The notes below the pieces were generated by a model. That model did not search any database and was not told the DNA's origin. It was given only the letters and a program-made list of their open reading frames with translations. Of a stretch of 64,000 bases of DNA, positions 9,901 to 20,915 are shown in pieces. Positions within the stretch are counted from its first letter, which is position 1; each line of letters begins with the position of its first letter. The translations under genes were made by a program, and so were the position numbers. Origin of the DNA: an uncultured Planctomycetota bacterium (GTDB taxonomy: Bacteria > Planctomycetota > Planctomycetia > Isosphaerales > Isosphaeraceae); assembly GCA_963823665.1 (NCBI GenBank), contig CAWGMQ010000006.1:288001-352000 (forward strand). The letters are read 5' to 3'.

Positions 9901-12865
9901 AGCCGCCTGGCAAACTCCGATCGAGTTTTCCGGGCACACAGCCGCCCTTGCGGCCGTGGCATTTTCCCCGGACGGGCGCCGGCTCGCGACGGCATCGTAT
10001 GATCAGACGGCCCGCGTCTATGACCTCGCGTCGGGCCGAGCGCTTGCGGCGCTCGAGGGTCACTCCGCGGCTGTCACCGGCCTGGCGTTTCGGCACGACA
10101 GCGCGCGGCTCGCGACAACGGGGCTCGACAACACGGTGCGCCTGTGGAACACGGCAACGAATCGGGAGATATGGAATCAAGCGGGCTACACGGCCCACCT
10201 GAGCAGTGAAGTGTTTGGCCCCGACGGCCTCGTGATCACGCCTAACATGGGGATTGGAGCGAGCCGGGAAACGAAGACCGACATGGCTCAAGTGATCGAC
10301 GTGGCTACCGGCAGCACCCGCAGACTTCGGGGCCACGCGGGGACCGTCGCGGCCGCAGCCTTCAGCCCGGATGGCAGGACGGTGGCCAGCTCCGGGTTCG
10401 ACAGGACGGTCCGGTTCTGGGAAGCAGCGAGCGGCCAGCCTGCCGGCCAGCCTCTTTACGGACACACCGCCCGTGTCGGCAACGTTGTCTTCAGCCCCAA
10501 GGGGACGTACCTCGCGTCGGAAGCGTTCGATGCTACAGGGATCATCTGGGATGCCCGGCGCAAAGTCGAGTTGTTTCGTCTTTCCGGTTTGACAAGCGCG
10601 GTTTCGATCCTGGCGTTTGATCCCGACGAGAAGGTTCTCGCAACGGCGGACCGCAAATTCAGCGTGAATCTCTGGGATGTCGCGCAGGGCCAGATCGTGC
10701 GAATGCTGGAAGGCCACACCGGGGCGATCAGTGCGTTCGCCTTCAGCCCCGACGGCCGTTTCGCCGCTACGGCGAGCAACGACGGCACGACCCGAATCTG
10801 GAATGTGAGCACTGGCGGACTGGTTAATTTATTCAAGCTCCAGAATCGAGTAGCTGTTACACCGATCCAGTTCGCCGTCGACGCCAAGGGAGAGCTCATT
10901 TTCACGTATGCTGATGAGGCGGCCCATTTCTGGACAGTGCAGGGCGGCTCGAAGGACCCACGGGTCGTTCCAGTAGGAGCGCATGGTACCGCGCTGGCTT
11001 TCGACAAGGAGGGAAAGAAACTGGCCATCGGTTGCTCGGACGGGTCAGTGCATCTGGCAGATACAACCACTATGGGAATCACTTCTCGACAGCCGAGCTG
11101 GTACATGTCGACTGAGAACCTGCCTGTTTTCAGTCCGGACGCCGGACGGCTCGTCACGGCCGACCTGAACGGCCTGGCACACGTCTGGGACACCAAGACC
11201 GGGTCTGTGATCCACGATTTGCCGCATGAGGGCCAGCGCGTGTTAGCCGCCACGTTCAGTTCCGACGGCCGCCTGCTCGCCACGGCGACGGATCGTGCCG
11301 TCGTGCGGCTCTGGAATACGGCGATGGCGAATGCCCCACTCTTCCGCCATGTCGTCAAATATCCACAGGTGCTCCTCGCCTTCAATCCTGCCGGCACGCT
11401 TCTGGCCACCGGTAGTGGATCGGAAAACACGGTGCTTCTGTTGAACTGCGACAAAGGCGTCGAGGCCGCCAGGCTCACGGCCAGCGGAAGTGGTTTGAGT
11501 AAGATCGTCTTCAGCGCAGACGGTCAACAAATCGCGGCGAGCTGCCGCGACAATGCGACGCACGTATGGGATGCCCAGACTTTCAAGGCCGGGCGGCCGC
11601 TGCTGTGCGATGCGAGCGTCAATCAGCTTTCCTTCAGCCCCGACGGGACCAAGCTGGCGACGGCAGGAGGATTGAAGGCACGCATCTGGGACCTGAAGAC
11701 ACGGACGCCGAGGGATCTGCCTGTCCAGATGCCGGGCGTCGTCCGCTGTTTGAAATTCAGCCCGAGCGGAGAGCAGCTTGCCTCCGCGGGCGACGATCCG
11801 GTGGTCCGGGTCTGGGACGCGCAGACACTCAAGCAAGTCGCCGACCTGCCGGGCCTTCGCTATCCTGTGAATGAAGTTGATTTCAGTCCCGACAGCAAGT
11901 GCGTCGTGGCGGCATCCGGCGATGTTTCGGTTCGGAGCTGGGAAGTCGCGACGGCCAAGCTGGTCGCCGAGATGCGCGTCGGTGCGGCGACTCCGGCCGT
12001 TGCATACACCAAAGATGGGGCATTCATCACGACCGTCGACTACGCGAACGGGGCGAAAGTCTGGGATGCGAAGTCTGGCAAGCTCCTTTCCGCGCTCGGA
12101 AATATCGCCCACTCGCCCGTCAAGAGCCTGGCATTCAATCGTGACGGCAAGTCAATCATCGCCGTTCTGGGCGACGGCACGGCATGGGTCCGGGACGCAG
12201 ATACGTTGCGGTTCAAAGACGTTGTCGGCTCAGCCGAAGCGTTCACCAACGTACTTCAGATCGATCGCGACGGCGCCCGCGTGGTGATTACCCACGGCGA
12301 GGCAGGCTGGAACGATTCCGATCAGAAGCCGTTTGCTCTGATCGTGCATGAGGACAACACGCCCGCCGAGCACGTGCGCGATCGGACCACCTCCGCGGTG
12401 ATCGAAGCAGGGTTCAGCCGCAGCGGCAAGCTCGCGTTCACGCTCAGGCGTGACGGTACAGCGACCGTGTGGGAAACTTCCTCGAGGAAGTCGCTAGTCA
12501 GGACGGGCGATTCGTCGTTTCGGCCGGGCGTGACCGCGTTCCCGGATGTGGACATCAGCCCGAATAACAAGTTCCTGGCGATCACCAGTTTGTCGGGAAA
12601 GATCAGCGTGTGGGATCTCGATTCCGGCAAAATCCTGACCACATATACAGGGCCATCGGCCAACATCCAGTGGATCGGCTTCAGTCCCGACAGCGCAATC
12701 TTGATGGCGCTTTACGACGACGGAATTGGACGTCTTTTTGGCGCCGACATGTTGGGTCCCATCGACGACGTTGCCAGGAAGGCGCAGGCCATCCTTCGCA
12801 AGGTGGGGCGGGAATTGACGGAATCCGAGCTACAGAAGTACCTGAAACAATCTCTGATCGATTGA
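6905..12865 (+). CDS. nSTAND1-type P-loop NTPase - transmembrane helix - WD40 repeat array (NLR-like)
   Basis: ATG overlaps the SIR2 stop (ATGA). PFVGLAPF...FFGR, Walker A LYGPSGCGKSS, Walker B LVLDQFEDYF, YLQLVM, EIYHD. Hydrophobic helix ILLVSSGVLVALILLFSVL at ~8207-8263. More than 20 GH...WD repeats follow. Confidence 0.9.
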   Translation: MTDTGSAGTVERPFVGLAPFAEGDARYFFGRDTDRAVITSNLVASRLTVLYGPSGCGKSSLLDAGVVNQVNNMVVPRQTAEIGKPEFVVVSFHEWRDRPRDALLERLRARIEAVVGRAIEPPGQDLLADVLASWSSEVSGALLLVLDQFEDYFLYHGRKVVEGKFAHELSGAINRSGLRANFLISIREDSLAQLDAFQGHVQNLLSNTLRLDRLDQKRGRETIVGPIERYNELRGNGAPKITIEPELVNAVLHAVKAGSINLDTTGRGRVDQRDESGEDAGSIETAYLQLVMRRLWEAEIAAESHVLRMATFDALGRAQRIVGTHLDTVMKSFDTERRGIAAELFRYLVTPTGTKIALSLNDLAGLTGLSGEAVAPVLEQLGSPRVRVLREVKGPIDDQATHRHEIYHDVLAGVVLDWRRRYSTERAKKRVRRNILLVSSGVLVALILLFSVLEARYKERIAEERATLDAKERELTAVANTRIAKAESEAAQSSVLATGAALVLGDDPDLSLALALAAIGSHRSPTAERALRQALAAARVRQVVGKAGGSKLVSVAYSPDGRQFATAGEDGKAELWDTASGAPVGRIDNVAIRGASLAALQFVGEGQYFATVDVGGNVAVFDLSSPGMKLERVIGPPKSTRMLALSFAGAAARVAVATDDKAIRCWELPSGKPLVDKIHPSDSVKALMLSPDGEKLAIGLEAAAANGPGHPGGARVGTGDGAGVGDSHTGDRSTVRIVELSDPDAGASLSETATVTALAFDPDGKRLAVGTRVEQSGVTALSPLRLWSLQNKAWRHGANIQGRFEPAVVEFNPTGTLLATGGKDGFAQLWDANLGYPRGTLNCQSPITQVAFSPDGERVLLASEDLSVRIWPVGTNGSLLVLRGHRNDVLDAVFAPDGQTIATASADGTARIWNASAESPSIALPAPAAPWTNAVFTPDSKRVILAGADNQLRMVETTTGQVVGEPHPHPAPVIAMDLSTDGSRLATAGGDRIARVWNLAAWQTPIEFSGHTAALAAVAFSPDGRRLATASYDQTARVYDLASGRALAALEGHSAAVTGLAFRHDSARLATTGLDNTVRLWNTATNREIWNQAGYTAHLSSEVFGPDGLVITPNMGIGASRETKTDMAQVIDVATGSTRRLRGHAGTVAAAAFSPDGRTVASSGFDRTVRFWEAASGQPAGQPLYGHTARVGNVVFSPKGTYLASEAFDATGIIWDARRKVELFRLSGLTSAVSILAFDPDEKVLATADRKFSVNLWDVAQGQIVRMLEGHTGAISAFAFSPDGRFAATASNDGTTRIWNVSTGGLVNLFKLQNRVAVTPIQFAVDAKGELIFTYADEAAHFWTVQGGSKDPRVVPVGAHGTALAFDKEGKKLAIGCSDGSVHLADTTTMGITSRQPSWYMSTENLPVFSPDAGRLVTADLNGLAHVWDTKTGSVIHDLPHEGQRVLAATFSSDGRLLATATDRAVVRLWNTAMANAPLFRHVVKYPQVLLAFNPAGTLLATGSGSENTVLLLNCDKGVEAARLTASGSGLSKIVFSADGQQIAASCRDNATHVWDAQTFKAGRPLLCDASVNQLSFSPDGTKLATAGGLKARIWDLKTRTPRDLPVQMPGVVRCLKFSPSGEQLASAGDDPVVRVWDAQTLKQVADLPGLRYPVNEVDFSPDSKCVVAASGDVSVRSWEVATAKLVAEMRVGAATPAVAYTKDGAFITTVDYANGAKVWDAKSGKLLSALGNIAHSPVKSLAFNRDGKSIIAVLGDGTAWVRDADTLRFKDVVGSAEAFTNVLQIDRDGARVVITHGEAGWNDSDQKPFALIVHEDNTPAEHVRDRTTSAVIEAGFSRSGKLAFTLRRDGTATVWETSSRKSLVRTGDSSFRPGVTAFPDVDISPNNKFLAITSLSGKISVWDLDSGKILTTYTGPSANIQWIGFSPDSAILMALYDDGIGRLFGADMLGPIDDVARKAQAILRKVGRELTESELQKYLKQSLID

Positions 12866-12931
12866 GCTTCAGCTTGAAGCGCAAGATCGCCTGACACGAT
12901 ACCGACCGGAGCGCAGGCTGCCGGAGAAATC

Positions 12932-14266
12932 CTACGCCTTGGCGAGCCGCGCCGCATGCTTCTGCACCTTGCGGACGGCTGCGGCGATTTCATCCATGTC
13001 TGATCGCGGGCCCAGGAGCATCGTCTGGGTGAGCCAGACGGCCACTTCGCAAAGTGCGTCGTTCGCCGGGCAGCGAGTCTTTTCCAGGTAGCTCGCGATG
13101 CGGCCCGCTCCGTAAATCGCCTGGAACCCGCGCGACTGGAGCGTGTTCTTCAAGAACGGCTCCTTTTCGAGCGGCTGATAGCCGCCGGAGGCGGGAATTC
13201 CCTCCGCCACAAGCGCCTGGAGAAACTTGCCGCGAGGCAAGCCGTCGAATTGAGCTTGATCATAGCGGAACATGTAAAGATGATAGGCATTGCGAGTGCA
13301 GCCCTCGTAGATCCGCGCCGGCGCGATGCCCTTGATCTCGCGCAGGAGCTCGGTCAAGTACGCGGCGTTCTGCTCGCGGCGGCGGGATTGTTCTTCGAGC
13401 CGCGTCAGTTGTTGCAGCAAAAGCGCGGCCTGAAACTCGGTCATGCGCAGGTTGGCGCCGTTGCGCACGTAGGAGAAGCCGGCGGTCGAAGAGCCGCGGC
13501 CGTTGTTCTGAAAGCTCTTGCATTGCTCGATCAATTCGTCGCTGTTCGTGAGGATCGCGCCGCCTTCGCCGGAATTGAGGTTCTTCGATCCCTGAAAGCT
13601 GAAGCAGCCCAGATCGCCGAGCGTGCTCACCTTGCGGCCGCGCCACTCAGCCAGGTGTGCCTGGCAGGCGTCTTCGAGCACGGGGATCTTGTGCTTGGCG
13701 GCGATGACGGCGATCGTGTCCAGATCGGCAGCCGCGCCACCCAGGTGCACGGGGATGATGCAGCGGGTTTTCTCGGTGATGGCCCCCTCGATCTTGCGGG
13801 CGTCGATCTGGAAAGTTTCTGGATCGGTGTCGACGAAGACGGGAAGAGCGTGGTGCATGAGCACGGCGTTGACGGTGGCGACGAAGGTATACGGCGGCAC
13901 GATCACCTCGTCGCCGGGCCCGACACCGAGTGCGGCCAGCGACGTGATGAGCGCGCTTGTGCCGTTGGCGACGGCCAGGCAGTGCTTGGCGCCCAGGGTT
14001 TTTGCCCAGGCTTGCTCGAACTCGTTGGCGTAATCACCGCCGAGGCGGCACCAGCGACCTTTGCGGAGGACGTCACCCCAGGCCTTCTCGTCGTTTTGGC
14101 GGATGATGGGCCACTCGGGGAACGGACGATTCCGCACGGGCTTGCCGCCCAGGATGGCGGGAGTCTCGTCTGTTCGCGCTGCCGCGTGCCGCGGAGCGAG
14201 GCCGATGGCACCGGCGGCCGAGGAGATCGCACCCAGAAACCCGCGACGCGAACGGGGCTCTCGCAT
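12932..14266 (-). CDS. DegT/DnrJ/EryC1/StrS PLP-dependent aminotransferase with Tat-type signal
   Basis: SRRGFLG leader. [36 protein letters not shown] (PLP lysine). Confidence 0.9.
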   Translation of the reverse strand: MREPRSRRGFLGAISSAAGAIGLAPRHAAARTDETPAILGGKPVRNRPFPEWPIIRQNDEKAWGDVLRKGRWCRLGGDYANEFEQAWAKTLGAKHCLAVANGTSALITSLAALGVGPGDEVIVPPYTFVATVNAVLMHHALPVFVDTDPETFQIDARKIEGAITEKTRCIIPVHLGGAAADLDTIAVIAAKHKIPVLEDACQAHLAEWRGRKVSTLGDLGCFSFQGSKNLNSGEGGAILTNSDELIEQCKSFQNNGRGSSTAGFSYVRNGANLRMTEFQAALLLQQLTRLEEQSRRREQNAAYLTELLREIKGIAPARIYEGCTRNAYHLYMFRYDQAQFDGLPRGKFLQALVAEGIPASGGYQPLEKEPFLKNTLQSRGFQAIYGAGRIASYLEKTRCPANDALCEVAVWLTQTMLLGPRSDMDEIAAAVRKVQKHAARLAKA

Positions 14267-14293
14267 GGTCGGTCCTTTCTTTCCGTATCGTTT

Positions 14294-15782
14294 TCAGATC
14301 AACTGGCGGATGGGCTCGGCGCCTTCCACGCCGACGAGCTTCTGATGCAAGCCGGCGTAAAAATAGTTGAGTCCGTTGGGGTCGAGGCCGAGCTGGTGCA
14401 GGATCGTGGCATGGAGGTTCTTGACGTGGAATCGATCCTCGACGGCCGCGCTGCCGAGCTCGTCCGTTTTGCCCACGCTGGTTCCACCCTTGATGCCGCC
14501 GCCGGCCATCCACATGGTGAAGCCGAAGGAGTTGTGGTCTCTCCCGGTGCCCTGGGCGAACTCGGCGGTGGGCTGGCGGCCGAACTCGCCGCCCCAGACG
14601 ATGAGGGTTTGATCGAGGAGGCCGCGCCGCTTGAGGTCTTTGATCAGGCCCGCGATCGGTTGATCGGTGTTGCCGGCGTGAAAATTGTGGTTGGCCATCA
14701 GATCGGCGTGGGCATCCCAGTTGTCGTCGTTATGGGCGCCGCCGGAGTAGATCTGGACGAAGCGGACGCCGCGCTCGACCAGCCGCCGGGCGATCAGGCA
14801 CTTGCGGCCGAAGTCGGCCGTACGAGGCTGGTCGATGCCGTAGAGCTCTCGAGTCTCGGCCGATTCCTGGCCCAGGTCGACGGCTTCGGGCGCGGACCGC
14901 TGCATGCGAAAGGCCAGCTCGTAGCTGGCGATTCTTGCGGCGAGCTCCGAGTTGTCGGCGCGAGGCGAAGTGGGCGTCGTTTTTCTCTCGAAGGCGATCG
15001 AGCAGGAGTCTCCGCGTGGCGCGGTCTGCGCCCGGTGGCGAGGCCAGGTCATGGATCGGCACCGAATCGGCGCGCAGGACGGTTGCCTGGAACGCCGCGG
15101 GCATGTAGCCGCTTGACCAGTTCTTGGCCCCGCTGATCGGCCCCCCCTTGCGGTCGAGCATGACGACGAAACCGGGCAGGTTCTCGTTTTCGCTGCCGAG
15201 TCCGTAGGTGACCCACGAGCCCAGACAGGGGTGGCCTGAAAGCAGGCGCCCGGAATTCATCATGAGCATGGCCGACCCATGGATCGGTGATTCAGCATAC
15301 ATCGAATGGATGAAGGCGATGTCGTCGACGCAAGTCGCCAGGTGGGGGAAGAGCGTGGAGACTGGCTTGCCGCACTGCCCAAACTGCTGGAAGCTCCACT
15401 TGGGGCCGACGATTCGCCCCTGATTTTTCTTGCCGCCGCGGCCGAAGGTCTTGACCGCGATCGTCTTGCCGTCCAGAGGGTAAAGGTCGGGCTTAAAGTC
15501 GAAGGTATCGACGTGGCTCGGACCGCCGTACATGAACAGGAAGATGACGCTCTTCGCCTTTGCCCGAAGCGGCGGGACCCTGGGAGCGAGCGGATTGACG
15601 AAGGGCGTGACGCCGTCGGCCGCGACGGCCTGACGTGCGAGGAAGCCGTCGGACTGCATGAGCCCTGCAAGCGCCGCCGACCCGAAGCCGCCGCCGATCT
15701 GCCAGAGGAATTCGCGGCGGGTGCGGCCACAGAACGAGCCGGGTGGCGGACGGTCCGGACGGAACAGAGAACGTTCATCCAT
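14294..15782 (-). CDS. DUF1501 planctomycete protein (frameshift near 14960)
   Basis: TRREFL Tat motif, AKSVIFLFMYGGPSHVDTFD, GSWVTYGLG. Second frame: SYELAFRMQ, ARRLVERGVRFVQ, GGEFGRQP, GRDHN. Confidence 0.88.
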
Positions 15783-16026
15783 GGTGGATCGTCTCGCGGC
15801 GAATGGGGTTCATGCAGGCGAACTCGGAGGAAACGGAAGGCGGGGGCAAGCTGTTCGCGACCGGGCGCGATCCTTGACATTCACAGTATGCGGAAATGTG
15901 CGAGGTGACGCAATGGAGCGCGGCCCGCGGGCGACGCTGGGCTCTCGACGTATGCACGCGTGGTGTTGTCGGTTACGATGTTATTGAACGTTTCCGCGCA
16001 CGCTTTTTTCAGGTAAATTCAGCGAC

Positions 16027-16652
16027 ATGGCGTCGGCATCCAGCAATCACACGATTCAAATTCAAGGCTGGCTCGACAGGCTGCGCGACGGGGACGAAGC
16101 CGCCCGCGAAAAGCTGCTGCAATTCTCCTGCGAACGGCTCAGGCGATTGACTCGCAAGATGCTGCGCAGGTTCGAGCGGGTGCACCGCTGGGAGCAAACC
16201 GACGACGTGCTTCAAAGTGCGATGCTCCGATTGCATCGAACGCTTCAGGACGTGCGGCCGGATTCGCCGGCCGATTTTTACCGGCTCGCCGCGCTGAACA
16301 TTCGCCGCGAGCTGCTTGATCTGGCCAAGCATTACTTCGGCCCGTGCGGGCTGGGAGCCAGGCACGCGAGTGTGGAGGGCACGGCTGACTCGCTCGGCGG
16401 GCGCAGGAGCAGCGGGCGGCTGCGCCAGACGATGCTCCCGACCAGCTTGCGCGATGGACCGAGTTCCACGAAAAGATCGCGAGCTTGCCCGCGGACGTGC
16501 GAGATCTGTTCGATCTATTGTGGTATCAGGAGCTCCGGCAGGCCGAAGTCGCGGAGATTTTGGGCGTATCGGAGCGCACCATCAAGAGGCGCTGGGCGGC
16601 GGCTCGGCTCCAGTTGCACGAGCTCTTAGGCGGCGAATTGCCTGAAAGTTGA
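16027..16652 (+). CDS. ECF sigma factor (frameshift near 16400-16440)
   Basis: WLDRLRDGDEAAREKLL...RWEQTDDVLQ. In another frame: RWTEFHEKIASLP...QAEVAEILGVSERTIKRRWAAARLQL, stop at 16652. Confidence 0.8.
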
Positions 16653-16660
16653 TTCTGCCC

Positions 16661-19600
16661 ATGACGTCGTTAAAAAGCCTTGCCGACCTGCTTGTCGAGT
16701 GGGAAGAGCAGACGGAGGCCGGCAAGACGGTGGCACTCGAAGAGCTTTGCCGCAATGCTCCCGAGCTGCTGGATGTGCTGCGCGGAATGATCGATAAGCT
16801 CCGCGCGGTGAACTCGGCCATGGCGACCCAGAGGCTCGAGCGGAGCGAGGGGAACATCGAGTTCCGTACGGTCGCGCCGGCCGAAGCGATGACGGGCACG
16901 GTCTTGCCTTCCGTTCCGGGCTACGCGATCCAGCGCGAGCTGGGCCGCGGCGGGATGGGGGTTGTTTACCTGGCGCGCCAGGAGGGGCTCGAGCGTCTGG
17001 TGGCGATCAAGATGCTACCCCAGGGGGCAGAAGCCGAGCGCACGATGCAGCGGTTTCAAACCGAGGCGGAGGTCATCGCGCGGTTGCAACATCCCAATCT
17101 CATTCAGATCTATGAAGTCGGGACGGTCGAAGGCAGGCCGTTTTTCTCGATGGAATATGTGCCGGACGGCACGCTGGAGGAGCAGCTTCGGCGTCAACCG
17201 CTGGCACCGCGTGAAGCGGCGCGGCTCATCCAGATCCTGGCGACCGCCATGCACGAGGCCCATCGCTGCGGCGTCGTGCACCGCGATCTGAAACCGGGGA
17301 ATATTCTGCTGAGACGAGAGGGCGATGGAACGGAAGATACGACGCTCGAGAGCGGCGTGTGGCTCGCCACGGCGGCCGAGGCTCCGGGGTCGTTCTGTCC
17401 CAAGATCACGGATTTCGGGTTGGCAAAGCGGCTGGGCGAGGCCGAAGGGCTGACGCTCACGCACAGCGTTCTGGGCACACCGTGCTACATGGCGCCCGAG
17501 CAGGCGCGGGGCGACTCGAAGAATGTAGCAGGGACCACCGACATCTACTCGCTGGGCGCGATCCTTTACGAGCTGCTCACCGGCCGCCCTCCGTTCAAGG
17601 CAGCAACCGTGTGGCTCACGCTGCAGCTTGTCAGCAGCGCCGAGCCCACGCCGCCGCGCTCGCTCCAGCCGAGTGTGCCCGGCGATCTCGAGGTCATCTG
17701 CCTGAAGTGTCTGGAAAAGAGCCCGGCGAAGCGTTATCCCCGGGTCATCGATCTGGCCCATGATCTGCGGCGCTTCCTCGAGGGGGAGCCTATCCTGGCG
17801 CGACCAACGCCGTTGCTGGAGCGCGGAGTCAAGTGGGCGCGACGGCGGCCGGGCCCGGCGGCTGCGATTGCCGTCGGCGTGTTCGCACTGGCGGCGCTGC
17901 TTTGCGGGGATCGCGTATCACAATGTGAAACTACAGAGCGCGCTTCGGGCCGAGCAGGCCAGCGCCACGGAGAGCCGCCGGAGGCTCGTGCGTCTGGAAG
18001 TGGCGCAGGGAAACCATGCTCTCGATCGCGGTGACAGCACACTCGCGATGCTCTGGTTTGCCGATGCCTTGCGTCTGGATGATCCCGCCCATACCCGGGC
18101 TCATCGCCTCCGGCTGGGAATGGCTGCTGCTCTTGCTCCGCCGTTGCGGCAGATCTGGTTTCATGGCGACGCGGTGCGGCAGGCCAGCTTCGATTCAGGC
18201 GGCGCGCGGGCTTTCACATTCAGCGAGGACGGGACGGTCAGGATCTGGGATGTGGAAACCGGAGCGGCGATCGGCAAGCCGCTCGTCCATCCAGCTCCGG
18301 TAGTCGACGGAGCACCCGGCGCCTCGGGGCTGGTCGTGACGGCTTGCACGGACGGATCCGGTCGAGTATGGGACACGGGCCGAGGAGAAGTCAGCGCCTA
18401 TCTCGGGCACCAGGGCCCGCTCACGACCGCGCGGTTTGACCGGGCTGGCCGAAAGATCGTGACGGCATCGCGCGACGGGACGGCCAAGCTGTGGACGGCC
18501 GATGGCAAGCTGATCGCGATCTTGAAGCATAGCGGTCCGGTGAACGATGCCGCGTTTTCTGCGGGCGGGCAGCTCGTCGTCACGGCGGCCGAGGACCGCA
18601 CGGCACGGGTCTGGGAGACCGAACATGGCGCGCCGGTGACTCCCCCCCTGCTCCATGACAGTCGAGTTGTCCAGGCGGCGCTATCGCCAGACGGGACGCT
18701 CGTCGCGACGGCCAGTGACGACGTGGTGGCGCGGATCTGGCAAGTCAGCAACACGCCGGCTGCCCCCAAGATTCTCAAACATGCGCTTCCGGTAACATGC
18801 GTATTGTTCAGCGGCGACGGCGGACGGCTCGCCACCGGCAGCCACGACGCCACCGCACGGATCTGGGACCCGCGTGATGGCAAACCGGTGGGCTCGCCGC
18901 TACGGCACGAGAGCGGTGTGCTAGGGGTTGCCTTCCATCCCGACGGCAACCGCGTTGCCACGTGCAGCGACGACAACACCGCGCGGCTGTGGGACGTGGC
19001 AACCGGCGAGCCCTTGACCGCACAGCTCAAGCACGGCGGAAATGTGCAGTGTGTCGCGATTGACCCGCGGGGGCGCTTCATCTTGACCGGCAGCATCGAC
19101 GGAACCGCGCGGCTCTGGGACATCTTGCCGGCGCGCGACAAACCGTCGGTCGAGAGGGAACCGGCGTCAAAGGTGGTGCCGCGGGAAGAGACCAAGGTTT
19201 GGTGGAGCGCTGACCGCAAGTATTATGCGACACCCGAAGGCAGTCACTCGGCGCGAATTCACGACGCGGGCGGTAAGCCGGTCGGGCCGGAGCTGCGTCA
19301 TGGCAGCCTGGTCAGCTTTGCGGCGTTCAGCCCGGATGGAGCGCGCCTGGTCACAACCAGCGAGGACTGCACGGCGCGGTTCTGGGATGCGGCGACGGGA
19401 GACCTGCTCGCACCGCCGTTGCGGCACCTGGGAAGCGTGCGCTGCGCCGCGTTCAGTCCCGACAGCCGCTCGTATGTGATGACCGCGAGTACGGACGGCA
19501 CAGCACGGATCTGGGATGTTGCGACGGGGGAGCCCGTGAGCCCGGCGCTGCGATTTTCGGGTGCACCGGTGAGTGTGGCGTTTCCTTCTGCAGAACGGGT

Positions 19601-19808
19601 TCAGGTGAGGACCGTTCAAGGGAGCGAGACCTCGACCTGGACGTGGCCGCTCGTGAGCACTCGTTTGGCCGCCGGAGTGTTGCTTTCGGAAGCGGAGGTT
19701 CTTTCGAATTGTCGCATCGATGCGGACCGCGGTCTGACGCCGCTCGATATTCGCACGTTGCGGGAGGCGTGGGTTGAAGGTGGGCGAGTGCGAGCGGGCG
19801 GTAAGTAG
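16661..19808 (+). CDS. Hanks-type Ser/Thr kinase - TM - WD40 repeats (frameshift near 17903)
   Basis: LGRGGMGVVY, VAIKM, HRDLKPGN, DFG, GTPCYMAPE. Hydrophobic segment after WARRRP. WD40 repeats in ORF 17760..19808. Confidence 0.85.
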
Positions 19809-19849
19809 GCGTCGTGAAGACGGGGCGAGCCCACGCTTTACAAACAGGA

Positions 19850-19935
19850 TGACGGGGCTTGGAATCCCTGATCGCCCGCCCTAAATCATCGCGATCAGGA
19901 AGCTTCGCCACCGACGAATCCAGGACGTATTTCAT
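19850..19935 (-). pseudogene. Truncated PIN/VapC toxin remnant
   Basis: MKYVLDSSVA is a PIN-domain N-terminus coupled (ATGA) to the upstream small gene. Similarity is lost after about 10 codons; the left boundary is approximate. Confidence 0.5.
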
Positions 19936-20150
19936 TCAGGAAGGTCGCCCCGGAGCTCGCGGATGGCCGGCACACCGATATCGAGCAGACCGTGTTGCCG
20001 GTACGTCTCTTCCCGCATTTTATCCATCCGCTCGGCAGCCCTGCGCATCGATTCCGGATCCCGCTTCGAGGACATAGCTTGCTGGACGGCCGCTTGAAAC
20101 TCGGCTTCCAGTTCTGGCGTTATGGCCGATTTGTTCGCCTGCTTAATCAT
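19932..20150 (-). CDS. Putative antitoxin (small helical protein upstream of the PIN remnant)
   Basis: 72 aa, GGAGG RBS, ends DIGVPAIRELRG, stop overlaps the PIN-like start. Confidence 0.55.
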   Translation of the reverse strand: MIKQANKSAITPELEAEFQAAVQQAMSSKRDPESMRRAAERMDKMREETYRQHGLLDIGVPAIRELRGDLPE

Positions 20151-20312
20151 GGGTACCTCCAGAAGGATTCTAAATCACCTCGCGCGAATAGGAAACGCCG
20201 ACTTTACCTCTCGAATGTTGCGATTCACGTTCAATTTGGCGCAGCTCAGCGACTCGAACTGCGTCCAGGCCGACACGGTCATGGGTGTGATCGCGAAACA
20301 ATTCCTAACGGA

Positions 20313-20618
20313 TCACTTGGTCTGGCGCTCATTAGTGCTTTCCAGGGTTTCCTGCTCGGCGCGATATGTCTCCACTGCCGCCAACCAGGCGTCGAACAAG
20401 GGGTTTTGCGGTAATGGTAGAACCGGGATTGGGGGCCAAGGCGGATGGACGGGATGATCGATGAGAATCGCCCCGCGCTCAAGCCGGCTAGCGAGCTTCT
20501 CGTCAAGGGCATTAAAAGCCTCCGCAGCGGAGGCCGCTTCCGCCGAGAGCTCCAGCGGCCCACCCGTCGTCGCGCGAAACCCAATTTGGCTGGGTTCGAC
20601 CAAGATCGGAATCGTCAT
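20313..20618 (-). CDS. Small hypothetical protein, possibly an orphaned antitoxin
   Basis: 101 aa with GGAGG RBS (MTIPILVEP...NPLFDAWLAAVETYR), located among TA remnants. Confidence 0.5.
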   Translation of the reverse strand: MTIPILVEPSQIGFRATTGGPLELSAEAASAAEAFNALDEKLASRLERGAILIDHPVHPPWPPIPVLPLPQNPLFDAWLAAVETYRAEQETLESTNERQTK

Positions 20619-20647
20619 GGCAGCCTCCCACGATAAGTCGTTCGCCT

Positions 20648-20885
20648 ATGCCGAAATCGAAAACGCCGACGCGACCCGGTACCACCCTCGTCCTGAAGGG
20701 GCATACGGGCGCAGTGTGGGGCGTGGCGGTGACGCCGGACGGCACTCGGGCCGTCTCGGGGTCGCAGGACGCGACGCTCCGCGTCTGGGATCTCGCGACC
20801 GGACAGTCCCTCGTCTCCTTTGAGGGACACACGAACGGAGTGACTGGCGTCGTGGTGACGCCGGGCGGCACTCGGGCCGTCTTGA
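20648..20885 (+). pseudogene. WD40-repeat gene fragment
   Basis: LKGHTGAVWGVAVTPDGTRAVSGSQDATLRVWD followed by a partial second repeat, then unrelated sequence. Confidence 0.65.
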
Positions 20886-20915
20886 GCCGCATGCGTTTCA
20901 CATGCACGACACCAC

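Noticed and set aside
13250..15136. 628-aa plus-strand ORF
   Set aside because: Antisense shadow of the DegT and DUF1501 genes, typical of high-GC codon bias; no motifs.
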